A DNA stretch of 62,991 nucleotides, counting the filler, from Octopus bimaculoides (Eukaryota): NCBI RefSeq assembly GCF_001194135.2. It is 5 parts of 5 records of this genome, joined end to end, with 100 filler letters (N's around TTAATTAATTAA, not from the genome) between each part and the next. Parts side by side here need not be neighbours in the genome. Positions count along the whole stretch, not along the records: positions 54,962 to 62,991 come from NC_068985.1; 4 more parts are not named here. One strand, given 5' to 3'. Shown here piece by piece: positions 62,863 through 62,991 of the stretch. Position numbers and translations under genes: made by a program. The notes under the pieces are model-generated. The model saw nothing but the letters and a program-made list of their open reading frames with translations. It did not search any database and was not told the origin of the DNA. Each line of letters starts with the position of its first letter. Position 1 is the stretch's first letter.

Positions 62863-62991
62863 TTAAAAGGGATTGACGTAACTCTTCACGAAGGTAAATA
62901 GTCAAAACGAAGAGCGCGATTTTAGATGTTTTATTTTTTGAACAACATTTCGACAGAACGTCTGTCTTTCTCAAGTTCAAACCAAAAGGTG

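Overview
AT-rich animal genomic DNA from a gapped draft assembly, with roughly 9-10 kb of N by my rough count. It is extremely rich in microsatellites. The repeat landscape looks cephalopod (Octopus-like), which is an inference. No host gene could be identified by homology, and nearly all ORFs in the supplied track are N-gap or microsatellite artefacts. Supportable content is mostly decayed mobile DNA: CR1/L2-like, RTE-like and L1/Tx1-like LINEs, three families of R4/Dong-like RLE retrotransposons, a Penelope-like RT remnant, a near-complete DD34D mariner plus two other Tc1/mariner remnants, MITE/fold-back hairpins, Helitron-like ends, and many tRNA-derived SINE copies from at least four families. 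The most interesting sequence-level observations are: (i) several hammerhead-ribozyme motifs, one with an intact catalytic core at 20221-20350 (-); (ii) two apparent LINE-SINE 3'-tail pairs, one involving an L1/Tx1-clade LINE; (iii) microsatellite-directed insertion, with Dong-like elements in (TAA)n and HHR-bearing fragments in (TA)n, alongside a SINE that carries an internal microsatellite; (iv) a few unassigned minus-strand exon candidates. I found no evidence for a new protein-coding system. All alignments and folds were done by eye.
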